Below, in pieces: positions 8,879-17,893 of a DNA stretch of 64,000 nucleotides. The notes under the pieces were generated by a model that was not told the origin of the DNA, did no database searches, and saw only the letters and a program-made list of their open reading frames with translations. Made by a program: the position numbers and the translations under genes. Each line of letters opens with the position of its first letter. Within the stretch, counting starts at the first letter, position 1. The DNA is from an uncultured Solirubrobacterales bacterium (lineage in GTDB: Bacteria; Actinomycetota; Thermoleophilia; Solirubrobacterales; Solirubrobacteraceae), in NCBI GenBank assembly GCA_963751195.1, contig CAVVTQ010000002.1:74423-138422 (forward strand). Direction: 5' to 3'.

Positions 8879-10411
8879 TCAGATCGCCCGCCAGGAGTGG
8901 CCCTCGACCAGGATCTCCTTCGCCTCCGAAGGTCCCTGCGAGCCGGCCTCATACTGCGGCAGGGGCCCCGGGGTATCGGCCCACGTGCTGACGATCGGGT
9001 CGCAGATCTCCCACTGCGCCTCGACCTCGTCGTTACGCGTGAACAGCGTGGGGTCGCCGCGCATCGCGTCCATGATCAGCCGCTCGTAGGCCTCCGGCGA
9101 CTGCGAGAGGAATGAGGTGCCGTACAGGAACTCCATGTTGACCGGCCTGATGATCATGCGCGTGCCGGGTATCTTGGCCCCGAGCTGCAGCGACACGCCC
9201 TCGTTGGGCTGCAGCGTGAGGATCAGCTGGTTGGGGCGAATGCCGAGCGAGCCCTCGGCGCTGAAGGCGAGGTGGGGGACGGGCTTCAGCGTGATCGCGA
9301 TCTCGGTGATCTTGCGCGCGAGGCGCTTACCGGCGCGCAGATAGAAGGGCACCCCTGCCCAGCGCCAGTTGTCGACCTCCAGACGGAGGGCCGCGAAGGT
9401 CTCGGTGATCGAGCCATCGCGAACCCCCTCCTCCTCCAAATAACCCGGAACGTCCTCCCCGCCCGCATGTCCCGGTGAATACTGGGCGCGTACCGCCATC
9501 CCCGGCACATCGGCCGCGCTGGGCGCATGGATCGCTCGCAGCACCTTCACCTTCTCGTTGCGCACCTCTTCGGCGGTGAAGTTCACGGGCGGCTCCATCG
9601 CCACGTGGCAGAGCAGCTGCAGCATGTGGTTCTGGATCAAATCGCGCAGCGCCCCGGAGTGGTCGTAGTAGCCGGCGCGGCTGCCGATGCCGATGTCCTC
9701 GGCGGCGGTGATCTGGATGTTGTCGATGTAGTTGCGGTTCCACAGCGGCTCGAACATCCCGTTGGCGAAGCGGAACGCCAGCATGTTCTGGACGGTCTCC
9801 TTGCCGAGGTAGTGGTCGATGCGGAACACCTGGCTCTCCTCGAACACGTCGAGCACGCGGCGGTTGAGCTCGGCGGCCTCCGCCAGGGAGGTGCCGAACG
9901 GCTTCTCGATGATCGCCCGCACCTCGGCGCCGGCGCGGCGGTCGAGCCCCTGCGCGCCCAGCGCCTCGACGATCACCGGGAAGAACGCGGGCGCGGTGGA
10001 GAGATAGAAGGCGCGGTTGAGCGGTTCGCCCGCACGCTCGTCGAAGCGGTCGAGCACGAATGCGAGCTCGCGGTAGACGTTCTCGTCGTCGAACGTGCCG
10101 GGCACGTACTTGACGTGTTCGAGCAGCCCCCTCAGCACGTCCTCGTCGGGTGTGCGGCGCGAGAAGGAGCGGATCGCCTCCTCGCACTCGGCGCGGTAGT
10201 CGTCGCGCTCCTTCTCTTTGCGCGACACGCCCACGAGGTTGAAGCGCTCGGGCAGCGCGCCCTCGTGGGCGAGGTTGTACAGCGCGGGCAGCAGCTTGCG
10301 CCGCGCGAGGTCGCCGGTGGCGCCGAAGATCACGAGCGTGGTCGGCGCCACGGGGAGGCGCTCCAGCCCTTCGACGAGGGGGTTGTCCTGCGTCTGATCG
10401 ACAGTGCTCAT
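8879..10411 (-). CDS. zwf: glucose-6-phosphate 1-dehydrogenase
   Basis: GATGDLA, EKPFG, RIDHYLGKE and RWAGVPFYLR motifs. Confidence 0.97.
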   Translation of the reverse strand: MSTVDQTQDNPLVEGLERLPVAPTTLVIFGATGDLARRKLLPALYNLAHEGALPERFNLVGVSRKEKERDDYRAECEEAIRSFSRRTPDEDVLRGLLEHVKYVPGTFDDENVYRELAFVLDRFDERAGEPLNRAFYLSTAPAFFPVIVEALGAQGLDRRAGAEVRAIIEKPFGTSLAEAAELNRRVLDVFEESQVFRIDHYLGKETVQNMLAFRFANGMFEPLWNRNYIDNIQITAAEDIGIGSRAGYYDHSGALRDLIQNHMLQLLCHVAMEPPVNFTAEEVRNEKVKVLRAIHAPSAADVPGMAVRAQYSPGHAGGEDVPGYLEEEGVRDGSITETFAALRLEVDNWRWAGVPFYLRAGKRLARKITEIAITLKPVPHLAFSAEGSLGIRPNQLILTLQPNEGVSLQLGAKIPGTRMIIRPVNMEFLYGTSFLSQSPEAYERLIMDAMRGDPTLFTRNDEVEAQWEICDPIVSTWADTPGPLPQYEAGSQGPSEAKEILVEGHSWRAI

Positions 10412-10508
10412 AGGGGATCGTCCACGTGCGTCGGCTGCCCAACAGCCGCCCGGGCGCTGGGCGTCGTGCCCAGCGTCGAGCCGTTGCCTCGCCATCCAAC
10501 GAGGATCA

Positions 10509-11450
10509 TCATTTGCCCTTCCTGACCGCGTGCCCGCCGAACTGGTTGCGAAGCGCCGCCAGCACGCGGTTGGCGTAGTCGCCGTTGCCGCGCGAGGTGA
10601 ATCGCGCGTACAGCGAGGCAGTAATCGCGGGCGTGGGGACATCGCGCGCGGTCGCCTCCTCGATCGTCCAGCGACCCTCGCCGGAGTCCTCGGTGTAGCC
10701 GGTGAGCGTGTGCAGGTCGTTGCCGTCGGCTTCGAACGCGCGGGCGGCCAGTTCGCACAGCCACGAGCGCACCACCGAGCCCTGTCCCCAGAGGTGGGCG
10801 ATCTTGGCGTTGTCCAGCTCGTACTCGCACTTGTCGAACAGGTCGAAGCCCTCCGCGTAGGCCTGCATCAGGCCGTACTCCACGCCGTTGTGCACCATCT
10901 TCACGAAGTGCCCGGCGCCGGCGGATCCGAAGTGCTGCCACCCGCGCGGCCCGATCGCGGCGACGCTGGTCTCGTTGGTGGGCGGCGCCAGCACGTCGAG
11001 GAACGGCGCGAGGCGTTTCACCGCGCGGTTGGGGCCTCCCACCATCATGCAGTACCCGACTTCCAGGCCCCACACGCCCCCGGAGGTGCCCACGTCGACG
11101 TAGTGGATGCCGCTCTTTTTGAGCTGCCCGGCGCGCAGCTTGTCTTCGGTCCACTTGGTGTTGCCGCCGTCCACGATCGTGTCGTCGCGATCCAGCAGCT
11201 TGGTGAGCTTGTCGATCGTCTGCTGGGTGATCTCGCCGGCGGGCAGCATCAGCCACACCGTGCGTGGCGGATCCAAACGCTTGACGAGGTCGGCCAGCGA
11301 GGTGGCGCCGACGGCGCCACCCGACACGGCCTGCCCCACCGCGTCGCGGTTGGCGTCGTACACCACCACCTGATGCTCGGAGTCGCGCAGGATGCGGTGC
11401 GACATGCCGCCTCCCATCCTGCCCATGCCGATGAACCCGATCTGGCTCAC
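10509..11450 (-). CDS. gnd: 6-phosphogluconate dehydrogenase, decarboxylating (short type)
   Basis: GMGRMG, DGGN, GAGHFVKMVHNGVEYG, DSGEGRWT and LRNQFGGH motifs. Confidence 0.95.
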   Translation of the reverse strand: MSQIGFIGMGRMGGGMSHRILRDSEHQVVVYDANRDAVGQAVSGGAVGATSLADLVKRLDPPRTVWLMLPAGEITQQTIDKLTKLLDRDDTIVDGGNTKWTEDKLRAGQLKKSGIHYVDVGTSGGVWGLEVGYCMMVGGPNRAVKRLAPFLDVLAPPTNETSVAAIGPRGWQHFGSAGAGHFVKMVHNGVEYGLMQAYAEGFDLFDKCEYELDNAKIAHLWGQGSVVRSWLCELAARAFEADGNDLHTLTGYTEDSGEGRWTIEEATARDVPTPAITASLYARFTSRGNGDYANRVLAALRNQFGGHAVRKGK

Positions 11451-11641
11451 GATGACTCCTCCTCTGGTGGTGTAGGTTGCAGGCGCACGCGCAGTAAAGG
11501 TACTCATTTGAGCCCCACCAGACTCAGCCACGGCAAGCCGACGGGACGCAGCCCCGGCCACTCCTCTGGACACAGCCCCGGCAAGCCTCTCGAATACGGC
11601 CACCGCCAACCCCTCACATCCAGCGACGGCGAGGTATCGAT

Positions 11642-12649
11642 TTGAGCCCCGATCCCACCCATCAACGACCCGACCGCAACCTCGCGCTGGAGCTGGTGCG
11701 CGTCACCGAGGCGGCCGCGCTGGCGGCGGCGCGGCTGGTGGGCAAAGGCGACAAGGAGGCCGCCGACCAGGCCGCCGTGGACGGGATGCACTACGCGCTG
11801 CAATCCGTCCAGATGGATGGCGTGGTGGTGATCGGCGAGGGCGAGAAGGACGAGGCGCCGATGCTCGCCAACGGCGAGCACATCGGCGACGGCTCCCCGC
11901 CGGAGGTGGACATCGCGGTGGACCCGCTGGAGGGCACCACGCTCGCCGCGCACGGGATGCCGAGCGCGCTGGCGGTGATCGCGCTCTCCAGCCGCGGCAC
12001 GATGTTCGATCCCGGTCCGTGCGTGTACATGGAAAAGATGGTGGGCTCCCCGGAGATCGCCGACCTGCTCGACCTCGACCGTCCGCTGCCCGAGACGGTC
12101 GCCCTGATCGCCGAGCGCAAGGGCTGCGAGATCGGGGATGTGGATGTGGTCGTGCTCGACCGCCCCCGCCACGAGCAGGGCATCAAGGAGATCCGCGAGG
12201 CGGGAGCGCGGGTGCGGCTGATTCCCCACGGCGACGTGTCCGCCTCGCTGCTGGCGGTCACCGAGCGCTCCCCGGTGGATCTTCTGTGGGGCATCGGCGG
12301 CACCCCCGAGGGGGTGATCTCGGCGGCCGCGATCAAGTGCCTCGGCGGCCAGCTGCTGGGGCGGCTGTGGCCACGCGACGAGCACGAGCGCTCGGCCGCG
12401 CTTGACGCCGGCTACGACCTGCGGCGGATCCTCGACCGCGACGACCTGGTGGCGGGCGATGACGTGTTCTTCTCCGCCACCGGCATCACCGACGGCGACG
12501 TGCTGCAGGGCGTGCGCTACCCGAGCGCCGGCGGGGCCAGCACCGAATCGCTCGTGATGCGCACCCGCTCGGGCACCGTGCGGCGCATCAGTGCGCGTCA
12601 CGACCGCGCGAAGCTGCGGGCGCTGTACGGCGACGCGCGGTTCGCGTAG
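11642..12649 (+). CDS. glpX: class II fructose-1,6-bisphosphatase
   Basis: ELVRVTEAAA, VIGEGEKDEAPML, DPLEGT and GIGGTPEG motifs. Confidence 0.96.
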   Translation: MSPDPTHQRPDRNLALELVRVTEAAALAAARLVGKGDKEAADQAAVDGMHYALQSVQMDGVVVIGEGEKDEAPMLANGEHIGDGSPPEVDIAVDPLEGTTLAAHGMPSALAVIALSSRGTMFDPGPCVYMEKMVGSPEIADLLDLDRPLPETVALIAERKGCEIGDVDVVVLDRPRHEQGIKEIREAGARVRLIPHGDVSASLLAVTERSPVDLLWGIGGTPEGVISAAAIKCLGGQLLGRLWPRDEHERSAALDAGYDLRRILDRDDLVAGDDVFFSATGITDGDVLQGVRYPSAGGASTESLVMRTRSGTVRRISARHDRAKLRALYGDARFA

Positions 12650-12681
12650 CCCAGAGCTTTCCCGCTCCCTGCTTCATCCAG

Positions 12682-13314
12682 TCACGACGCCGCCAGCCGG
12701 CCCACGCGGGACTTCGCCAGATCGAGTCGGGCGAGCGAGCGCAGGAAGCCGTGGGTGACGATCACGTGGATGCGCGACTGGGTGGCGTTGTAGAGGCGGA
12801 GGCTGATCCCCGACGCGATCGCCGGGTGGAAGTTGGCGACCTCCACCTCGATGTGCAGATGCGCCGCCGTCGCATCCTCACTTGAACCCTCGCCAGAACC
12901 CTCTGGGGAGCCGTCTGCGGCGATGCGGCGCACGTCGATCTGCAGGTGCCCCTTGCTCTCGCGCCCGGCACGAGCGACCAGCAACCCCCGCTCGATGCGC
13001 CAACGCACGACGCCGTGGTTGGCCTGGAGCTCATATTCCGGAGCACGGAAAGCGAGCAGCGTGAGCGGCCGGAACAGGAGCACCACGAAACGCTCCTGCT
13101 CGGTGTAACGCACTCTTACCAGGCCGAGCGTGACGCGGGTAAGGAAGCGCCAGTAGGTCCGCGCCAGCCGCTCCAGGTTCTCGGCCGACCACAGCTCGCC
13201 GAGCGCACGCTCGCTGAGGCTCAGGTCGGCGGTCTGCACCGAACGCATCGCCCCGGTCTCCGCATCGACGGTCGTGTGATCGCACAGGTTGGTGATCGCG
13301 GCCTTCGCCGGCAC
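12682..13314 (-). CDS. conserved hypothetical protein
   Basis: Plausible globular ORF directly downstream of the rlpA-like gene; no motif recognised. Confidence 0.7.
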   Translation of the reverse strand: MPAKAAITNLCDHTTVDAETGAMRSVQTADLSLSERALGELWSAENLERLARTYWRFLTRVTLGLVRVRYTEQERFVVLLFRPLTLLAFRAPEYELQANHGVVRWRIERGLLVARAGRESKGHLQIDVRRIAADGSPEGSGEGSSEDATAAHLHIEVEVANFHPAIASGISLRLYNATQSRIHVIVTHGFLRSLARLDLAKSRVGRLAAS

Positions 13315-13337
13315 CGGTTGAGCCTAGCTCGCGGAGC

Positions 13338-14042
13338 CTAGCTCGCGGAGGCCCCGCCGGTCGTGGCAGAGGCCGGTGCGGCGGAGGAGGAGCCGGCGGG
13401 CGATTCCGACGGCGCGCTCGCGGGGGTGGGGGTGCTCGGCGAAAGCGCGGTCGAGAAGGCCGGCTGGCCGAGCGTGGGGGTGTTGGGCACGCTGCCGACG
13501 ATCTGTGTTCCGATCCGCACCGTTTCCTTGATCGCGAGCGCCCGTGCGGCACCCGAGGTGAGGTCCCACACAGCTCCGCTGTGGCCGAAGGGCCCGCGAT
13601 CGACCACCGGCGCGGTGAGTAGGTGCCCGCCGTATGAGATCCGCACGAGCGTCCCACACGGAAGCGTGCGGCTGGCGAGTCCCACGAGCTTCGGGGTCAG
13701 CTTCTGCCCGCACGCGGTTGTGTGGCCGTAGAAGCCTGGCCCATACCACGTCGCCACGGTCTGCTTTCCGGGAGAGCCGGGCTTGGGGGCCGCCCCGCCG
13801 GATGTGGAGTCGCCGGAGATTGAGCCGCTCGAATTGGAGCCGCTCAAATTGGTGGCGCTGGAGGTGGAGCTGCCGGAGGTGGAGCCGTTGGAGGTGGCCT
13901 CGCCGGAGGCGGAGCTGCTCGAAGTGGAGCCGCCGGTCTCTGCAAGTGCCCGCGCCGCGGGCACGGCAAGAGGTGCGGCCATGCCGAGTAACGCGGCCAA
14001 CAGGCCAGCCGAAAGGGCGTGCTTGAGCGAAACGGTGTGCAT
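13338..14042 (-). CDS. RlpA-family (DPBB) septal ring lytic transglycosylase-like secreted protein
   Basis: Signal peptide, Ser/Gly linker, ATWYGPGFYGHTTACG, RTLPCGT and VVDRGPF motifs. Confidence 0.88.
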   Translation of the reverse strand: MHTVSLKHALSAGLLAALLGMAAPLAVPAARALAETGGSTSSSSASGEATSNGSTSGSSTSSATNLSGSNSSGSISGDSTSGGAAPKPGSPGKQTVATWYGPGFYGHTTACGQKLTPKLVGLASRTLPCGTLVRISYGGHLLTAPVVDRGPFGHSGAVWDLTSGAARALAIKETVRIGTQIVGSVPNTPTLGQPAFSTALSPSTPTPASAPSESPAGSSSAAPASATTGGASAS

Positions 14043-14051
14043 AGTCGTCGT

Positions 14052-14196
14052 CGTACGCCTACGAGGTGAGCTGACGGGCTCGCGCCTGATGGCGCTACGG
14101 CCTCAACGGGCCGATTCGCCCCCGCGGATCGATCTACTCGCTCCGCAATGGATCCCCCGCCCTCCACGACCTGAGTCGCGGAGGTTCGGCGTGCGG
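14052..14196 (-). ncRNA. cyclic di-AMP (ydaO/yuaA) riboswitch
   Basis: The minus strand reads GCCGAAC...GGGGGATCCA...GGGGCGAATC...GAGCCCGTCAGCTCACCTCGTAGGC, the ydaO consensus blocks in order, just upstream of a cell-wall enzyme gene. Confidence 0.85.
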
Positions 14197-14239
14197 GAAG
14201 TATATAGCTCCTCCAGGCGGGTTGCCAGGGGGGTTCAGA

Positions 14240-14833
14240 TCAGCCGCCCGCAAGCCGCGTGAGCGCGTCCCGCAGCATGCGCCCGCCCGCCGAGAGCCCC
14301 GTCTGTGCGAGCTCGCCGACGAGCTCCACCATCGAGGCTGCCAGCTCGCCGCCGCTCGGTGGCTGCACCGGGTGCCCCATCTCGATCGCCTCCTCGGCCT
14401 CGAAGCCCTGGCGGGGCACGGGCGGCTCGGCGGGTTTGGGCGCGGCGCGGGGTTTCGCGCTCGGCGCCGGCCGGGTCTGAGCGCCGCGTTTGGCTTTTGC
14501 CGCGGTTCGCTGCGCCCGGGGCTGGGCTGTCCGCGTCGGCGCTTGTGAGGTTTTGCGTTTGGGCTTCGCCTCCACGCGCTCGGGGACCTGGGCGGACGCG
14601 CGCTCTGCCCGCGCGGCGGCGGCGCTCTGCTGCGCGGCGGCGCTCTGCCGCGCGGCTGCCCGACGCGCGCTGGGCCGCTGGGGACGGGTGCTGGGCAGGC
14701 TCGACAGCACGCCCGACTCCTCAGCCGCACCTGCCGAGGGCCGCGTTGCGGCGGCCGGAGGCGATGTTCCGGCTGCTCTCCGGTGCGCGCCGGATCGTTT
14801 CTCTTGACTCGGGGGGCTCATGGGAGTGCGCAA
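14240..14833 (-). CDS. hypothetical basic, Ala/Arg/Pro-rich protein
   Basis: Low-complexity ORF with VLSSLPSTRPQR and PVPRQGF blocks and an amphipathic C-terminus; start uncertain. Confidence 0.6.
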   Translation of the reverse strand: MRTPMSPPSQEKRSGAHRRAAGTSPPAAATRPSAGAAEESGVLSSLPSTRPQRPSARRAAARQSAAAQQSAAAARAERASAQVPERVEAKPKRKTSQAPTRTAQPRAQRTAAKAKRGAQTRPAPSAKPRAAPKPAEPPVPRQGFEAEEAIEMGHPVQPPSGGELAASMVELVGELAQTGLSAGGRMLRDALTRLAGG

Positions 14834-15034
14834 TCATCGCGCATCGGGCGTCGGGCGTACGGTATAGGCCCGCGCAGGCGTTAATATGGGTCTACGTTCG
14901 GCTGTAACGTGGGGCGGGTCTCGGCCGCAGAGGGGGGCGGACAGGCCGTGGCCCACCCGTCTCGCTATGGTCGCTCGTTTGACGTGCAGTCCTCCCAGCA
15001 CGCACGAAATCGCTGTCTAAGGAAACGGAAACCG

Positions 15035-16138
15035 ATGTCAGTAGTCGAACTGCAGGAGCTCGATGAGATCAAGGGCCTGTTGGCGAAGGGCCAGCAGGTA
15101 GGGGTGCTGACGTTCGCGGAGATATCCACCGCGACCTCCGAGTTGGACTTGGACGAGACGGACGTCGAGGAGCTGCACGGCTTCCTGGAGAAATCTGAGA
15201 TCGAGCTCGTCGAGGACATCGACCCGGCGACCGCCGCGGCGTCGCAGGTCGAGCGCGCGCCGGACAAGCGCGGTCGGCGCAAAGCGAAAGCGACACTCGA
15301 CCTCAAGCCGGACATGACGACCGACTCGCTGCAGCTGTTCCTCAAGGACATCGGCAAGGTGCGGCTGCTGACCGCTCAGGAGGAGGTCGATCTCGCCAAG
15401 CGGATCGAGCGCGGCGACCTCGACGCCAAGCAGAAGATGGTCGAGTCCAACCTCCGTCTGGTCGTGTCGATCGCCAAGAACTACCGCAACCAGGGCCTGC
15501 CGTTCCTCGACCTGATCCAGGAGGGCACCCTCGGGCTGGTGCGCGCCGCGGAGAAGTTCGACTACCGCAAGGGCTTCAAGTTCTCCACGTACGCCACCTG
15601 GTGGATCCGCCAGGCGATCGCCCGGGCGCTGGCGGACAAGGCGCGCACGATTCGCATCCCCGTCCACGTCGTCGAGAAGCTCAACAAGATCGGGCGCGCC
15701 GAGCGCAAGCTGGTGACCGAGCTCGGCCGCGAACCGACCGCCGAGGAGATCGCCGACATCACCGGGATCGACCCCGAAGAGGTCGACTCGATCAAGCGCT
15801 CCGCCCAGGCGCCGGTGTCGCTGGAGAAGCCCGTGGGCGACGAGGAGGAGTCGGAGTTCGGCCAGTTCATCGCCGACGAGCGCGCGGAGTCGCCCTACGA
15901 GCGCGCTGCCGAAATCCTCACCAAGGAGGCGCTGCGCGAGGCGCTGGAGAATCTCTCCTACCGCGAACGGCGCGTGCTGGAGCTGCGCTACGGCCTCGGC
16001 GGCGAGCACCCTCGCACGCTGGACGAGGTTGGCCGCACCTTCAACGTCACACGCGAGCGCATCCGCCAGATCGAGAACCAGTCGCTGAAGAAGCTTCAAT
16101 CTCTGGCGGAGGCACAGAAGCTGAGGGACGTCGCGTAG
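15035..16138 (+). CDS. RNA polymerase sigma-70 factor, RpoD/SigA type
   Basis: Region 1.1-like N-terminus, [24 protein letters not shown] and TRERIRQIE. Confidence 0.95.
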   Translation: MSVVELQELDEIKGLLAKGQQVGVLTFAEISTATSELDLDETDVEELHGFLEKSEIELVEDIDPATAAASQVERAPDKRGRRKAKATLDLKPDMTTDSLQLFLKDIGKVRLLTAQEEVDLAKRIERGDLDAKQKMVESNLRLVVSIAKNYRNQGLPFLDLIQEGTLGLVRAAEKFDYRKGFKFSTYATWWIRQAIARALADKARTIRIPVHVVEKLNKIGRAERKLVTELGREPTAEEIADITGIDPEEVDSIKRSAQAPVSLEKPVGDEEESEFGQFIADERAESPYERAAEILTKEALREALENLSYRERRVLELRYGLGGEHPRTLDEVGRTFNVTRERIRQIENQSLKKLQSLAEAQKLRDVA

Positions 16139-16176
16139 GGCTCAAGCCCCCCGGCGGGGATGCCGATGCGAGAGGC

Positions 16177-17424
16177 ATGTTCGATGTGCAGGCCGCTCTG
16201 CGTGAGCTGGTCAACCGCCACGGCTCGGATCTGCACCTGAAGGTGGACGCGCCGCCGCTTTACCGGGTGGACGGCATCCTCACCCGCGACGAGCGCAGTG
16301 GCGTGTTGAGCGCCGAGGACACCGAGCAGGCGCTGCACGACCTGCTGCACGACCCCGTCAAGCTGCAGGAATTCGCCGAGCAGCACGAGGTCGACTTCTC
16401 CTTCGAAATCGTCGGCCTCGCGCGCTATCGCATCAACGCCTTCCGCCAGCGCGGCGTGATCTCGCTGGCGTGCCGCGCGATCCCCCACAAGATCAGCTCG
16501 ATCGAGGAGCTGACGCTGCCCCCGGTCGTGCGGGAACTGGCCGAGGAGGAGCGTGGGATCGTGCTGCTCACGGGCACGACGGGCTCCGGCAAGTCGACGA
16601 CGCTGGCGGCGATGATCGACCACATGAACGAGACGATGTCCAAGCACATCGTCACGATCGAGGACCCGATCGAGTTCGTGCACTCCGACAAGCGCTCGGT
16701 GATCAACCAGCGCGAGGTGGGGATGGACACCGCCTCCTTCAAGCGGGCCCTGCGGCGTGTGCTGCGCCAGGATCCGGACGTGATCCTGGTGGGGGAGATG
16801 CGCGACGACGAGACCGTCCAGACCGCCCTCTCGGCGGCCGAGACCGGCCACCTCGTGCTCTCCACGATCCACACGGTCGACGCGACCGAGTCGATCAACC
16901 GGATGCTCGACTTCTTCCCGCCCCACCAGCACGCTCAGGCGCGCTCGATGATCGCGGGCACGGTGAAGGGGGTCATCTCCCAGCGCCTCGTGCCAGGCGC
17001 CGACGGCGGCCGGGTGGCGGTGTGCGAGATCCTGCGGATGACCGGCCGCGCACGGGACATGATCGTGGACCCGGCCCAAACCGGCAAGCTGCACGAGGTC
17101 ATCACCGCGGGCGGCTACTACGGCATGCAGACCTTCGATCAAGCTCTCTTCGGGCACCTGAAGGCAGGGCGGGTCACCGTGGAGGACGCGCTGCGCGTGG
17201 CCTCCAGCCCCCACGACTTCAAGCTGCTGGTGCAGGCCGACGGCCGCCGCGGCACCACGATGGAGGACGTCGCCTCCGCGCAGGAGCAGCGCGGGGAGGC
17301 GCCCGCGGGCTCGACCGCTCCCCCGCCCGCGGCGCCGTCTCTGGCGCCCGTGTCGCCGGGTGGCGCACCCCAGCAGTCGCCTGCGCCCACCCCGGGCAGC
17401 CGGCCGCCGTTGACGGTCGCATAG
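16177..17424 (+). CDS. pilT: PilT/PilU-family type IV pilus ATPase
   Basis: SDLHLK, GTTGSGKSTT, TIEDPIE, LRQDPDVILVGEMRD, AETGHLV and GMQTFDQ motifs. Confidence 0.9.
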   Translation: MFDVQAALRELVNRHGSDLHLKVDAPPLYRVDGILTRDERSGVLSAEDTEQALHDLLHDPVKLQEFAEQHEVDFSFEIVGLARYRINAFRQRGVISLACRAIPHKISSIEELTLPPVVRELAEEERGIVLLTGTTGSGKSTTLAAMIDHMNETMSKHIVTIEDPIEFVHSDKRSVINQREVGMDTASFKRALRRVLRQDPDVILVGEMRDDETVQTALSAAETGHLVLSTIHTVDATESINRMLDFFPPHQHAQARSMIAGTVKGVISQRLVPGADGGRVAVCEILRMTGRARDMIVDPAQTGKLHEVITAGGYYGMQTFDQALFGHLKAGRVTVEDALRVASSPHDFKLLVQADGRRGTTMEDVASAQEQRGEAPAGSTAPPPAAPSLAPVSPGGAPQQSPAPTPGSRPPLTVA

Positions 17425-17433
17425 AGCTCCCAA

Positions 17434-17452
17434 CACTTCACTTGGTAAAGTG
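17434..17452. promoter_or_regulatory. putative operator palindrome of the HxlR-family regulator
   Basis: CACTTCAC-TTG-GTAAAGTG (7 of 8 positions paired), 5 bp before the start codon. Confidence 0.55.
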
Positions 17453-17457
17453 GTGGG

Positions 17458-17832
17458 GTGGCTACAGATGAGACATGTCCGGTGTGCCGCACGGCGGAGA
17501 TCGTGTGCGGCAAGTGGACGCTGCTGCTGATCCGCGAGCTGGCCGAGGGCCGCTCGCGCTTCTGCGAGCTGGAGCGCTCGCTGGAGGGGATCAGCCCGCG
17601 CACGCTCTCGCTGCGGCTGCGTGCGCTGGAGGAGGAGGGGATCGTCGCGCGCCAGACCTTCTCCGAGGTACCCCCGCGCGTGGAGTACGCACTCACCGAG
17701 AAGGGCGTCGCGCTGCTGCCGATCATCGATGACATGCGCATCTACGGCGAGCGCTGGATCGTGCAGGGTTGCGGCGAGGACAGGATGAGCTCCGCGATCT
17801 TTGCTGGGACGCCGGTCGCAGCGGTCGCCTGA
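17458..17832 (+). CDS. HxlR-family winged-helix transcriptional regulator
   Basis: CPV, GKWTLLLI, GISPRTLS and PPRVEYALTEKG motifs. Confidence 0.92.
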   Translation: MATDETCPVCRTAEIVCGKWTLLLIRELAEGRSRFCELERSLEGISPRTLSLRLRALEEEGIVARQTFSEVPPRVEYALTEKGVALLPIIDDMRIYGERWIVQGCGEDRMSSAIFAGTPVAAVA

Positions 17833-17893
17833 GCCTGCAACGCCCGCTGCGCAGAGCAGGAGCGCGGTGGCCGCCGGCGAAGGGTGAGCTTCC

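Noticed and set aside
15601-16176. N-terminal extension of PilT in the ORF track
   Set aside because: Overlaps the sigma factor gene in another frame; ATG 16177 has an RBS and matches the PilT start.
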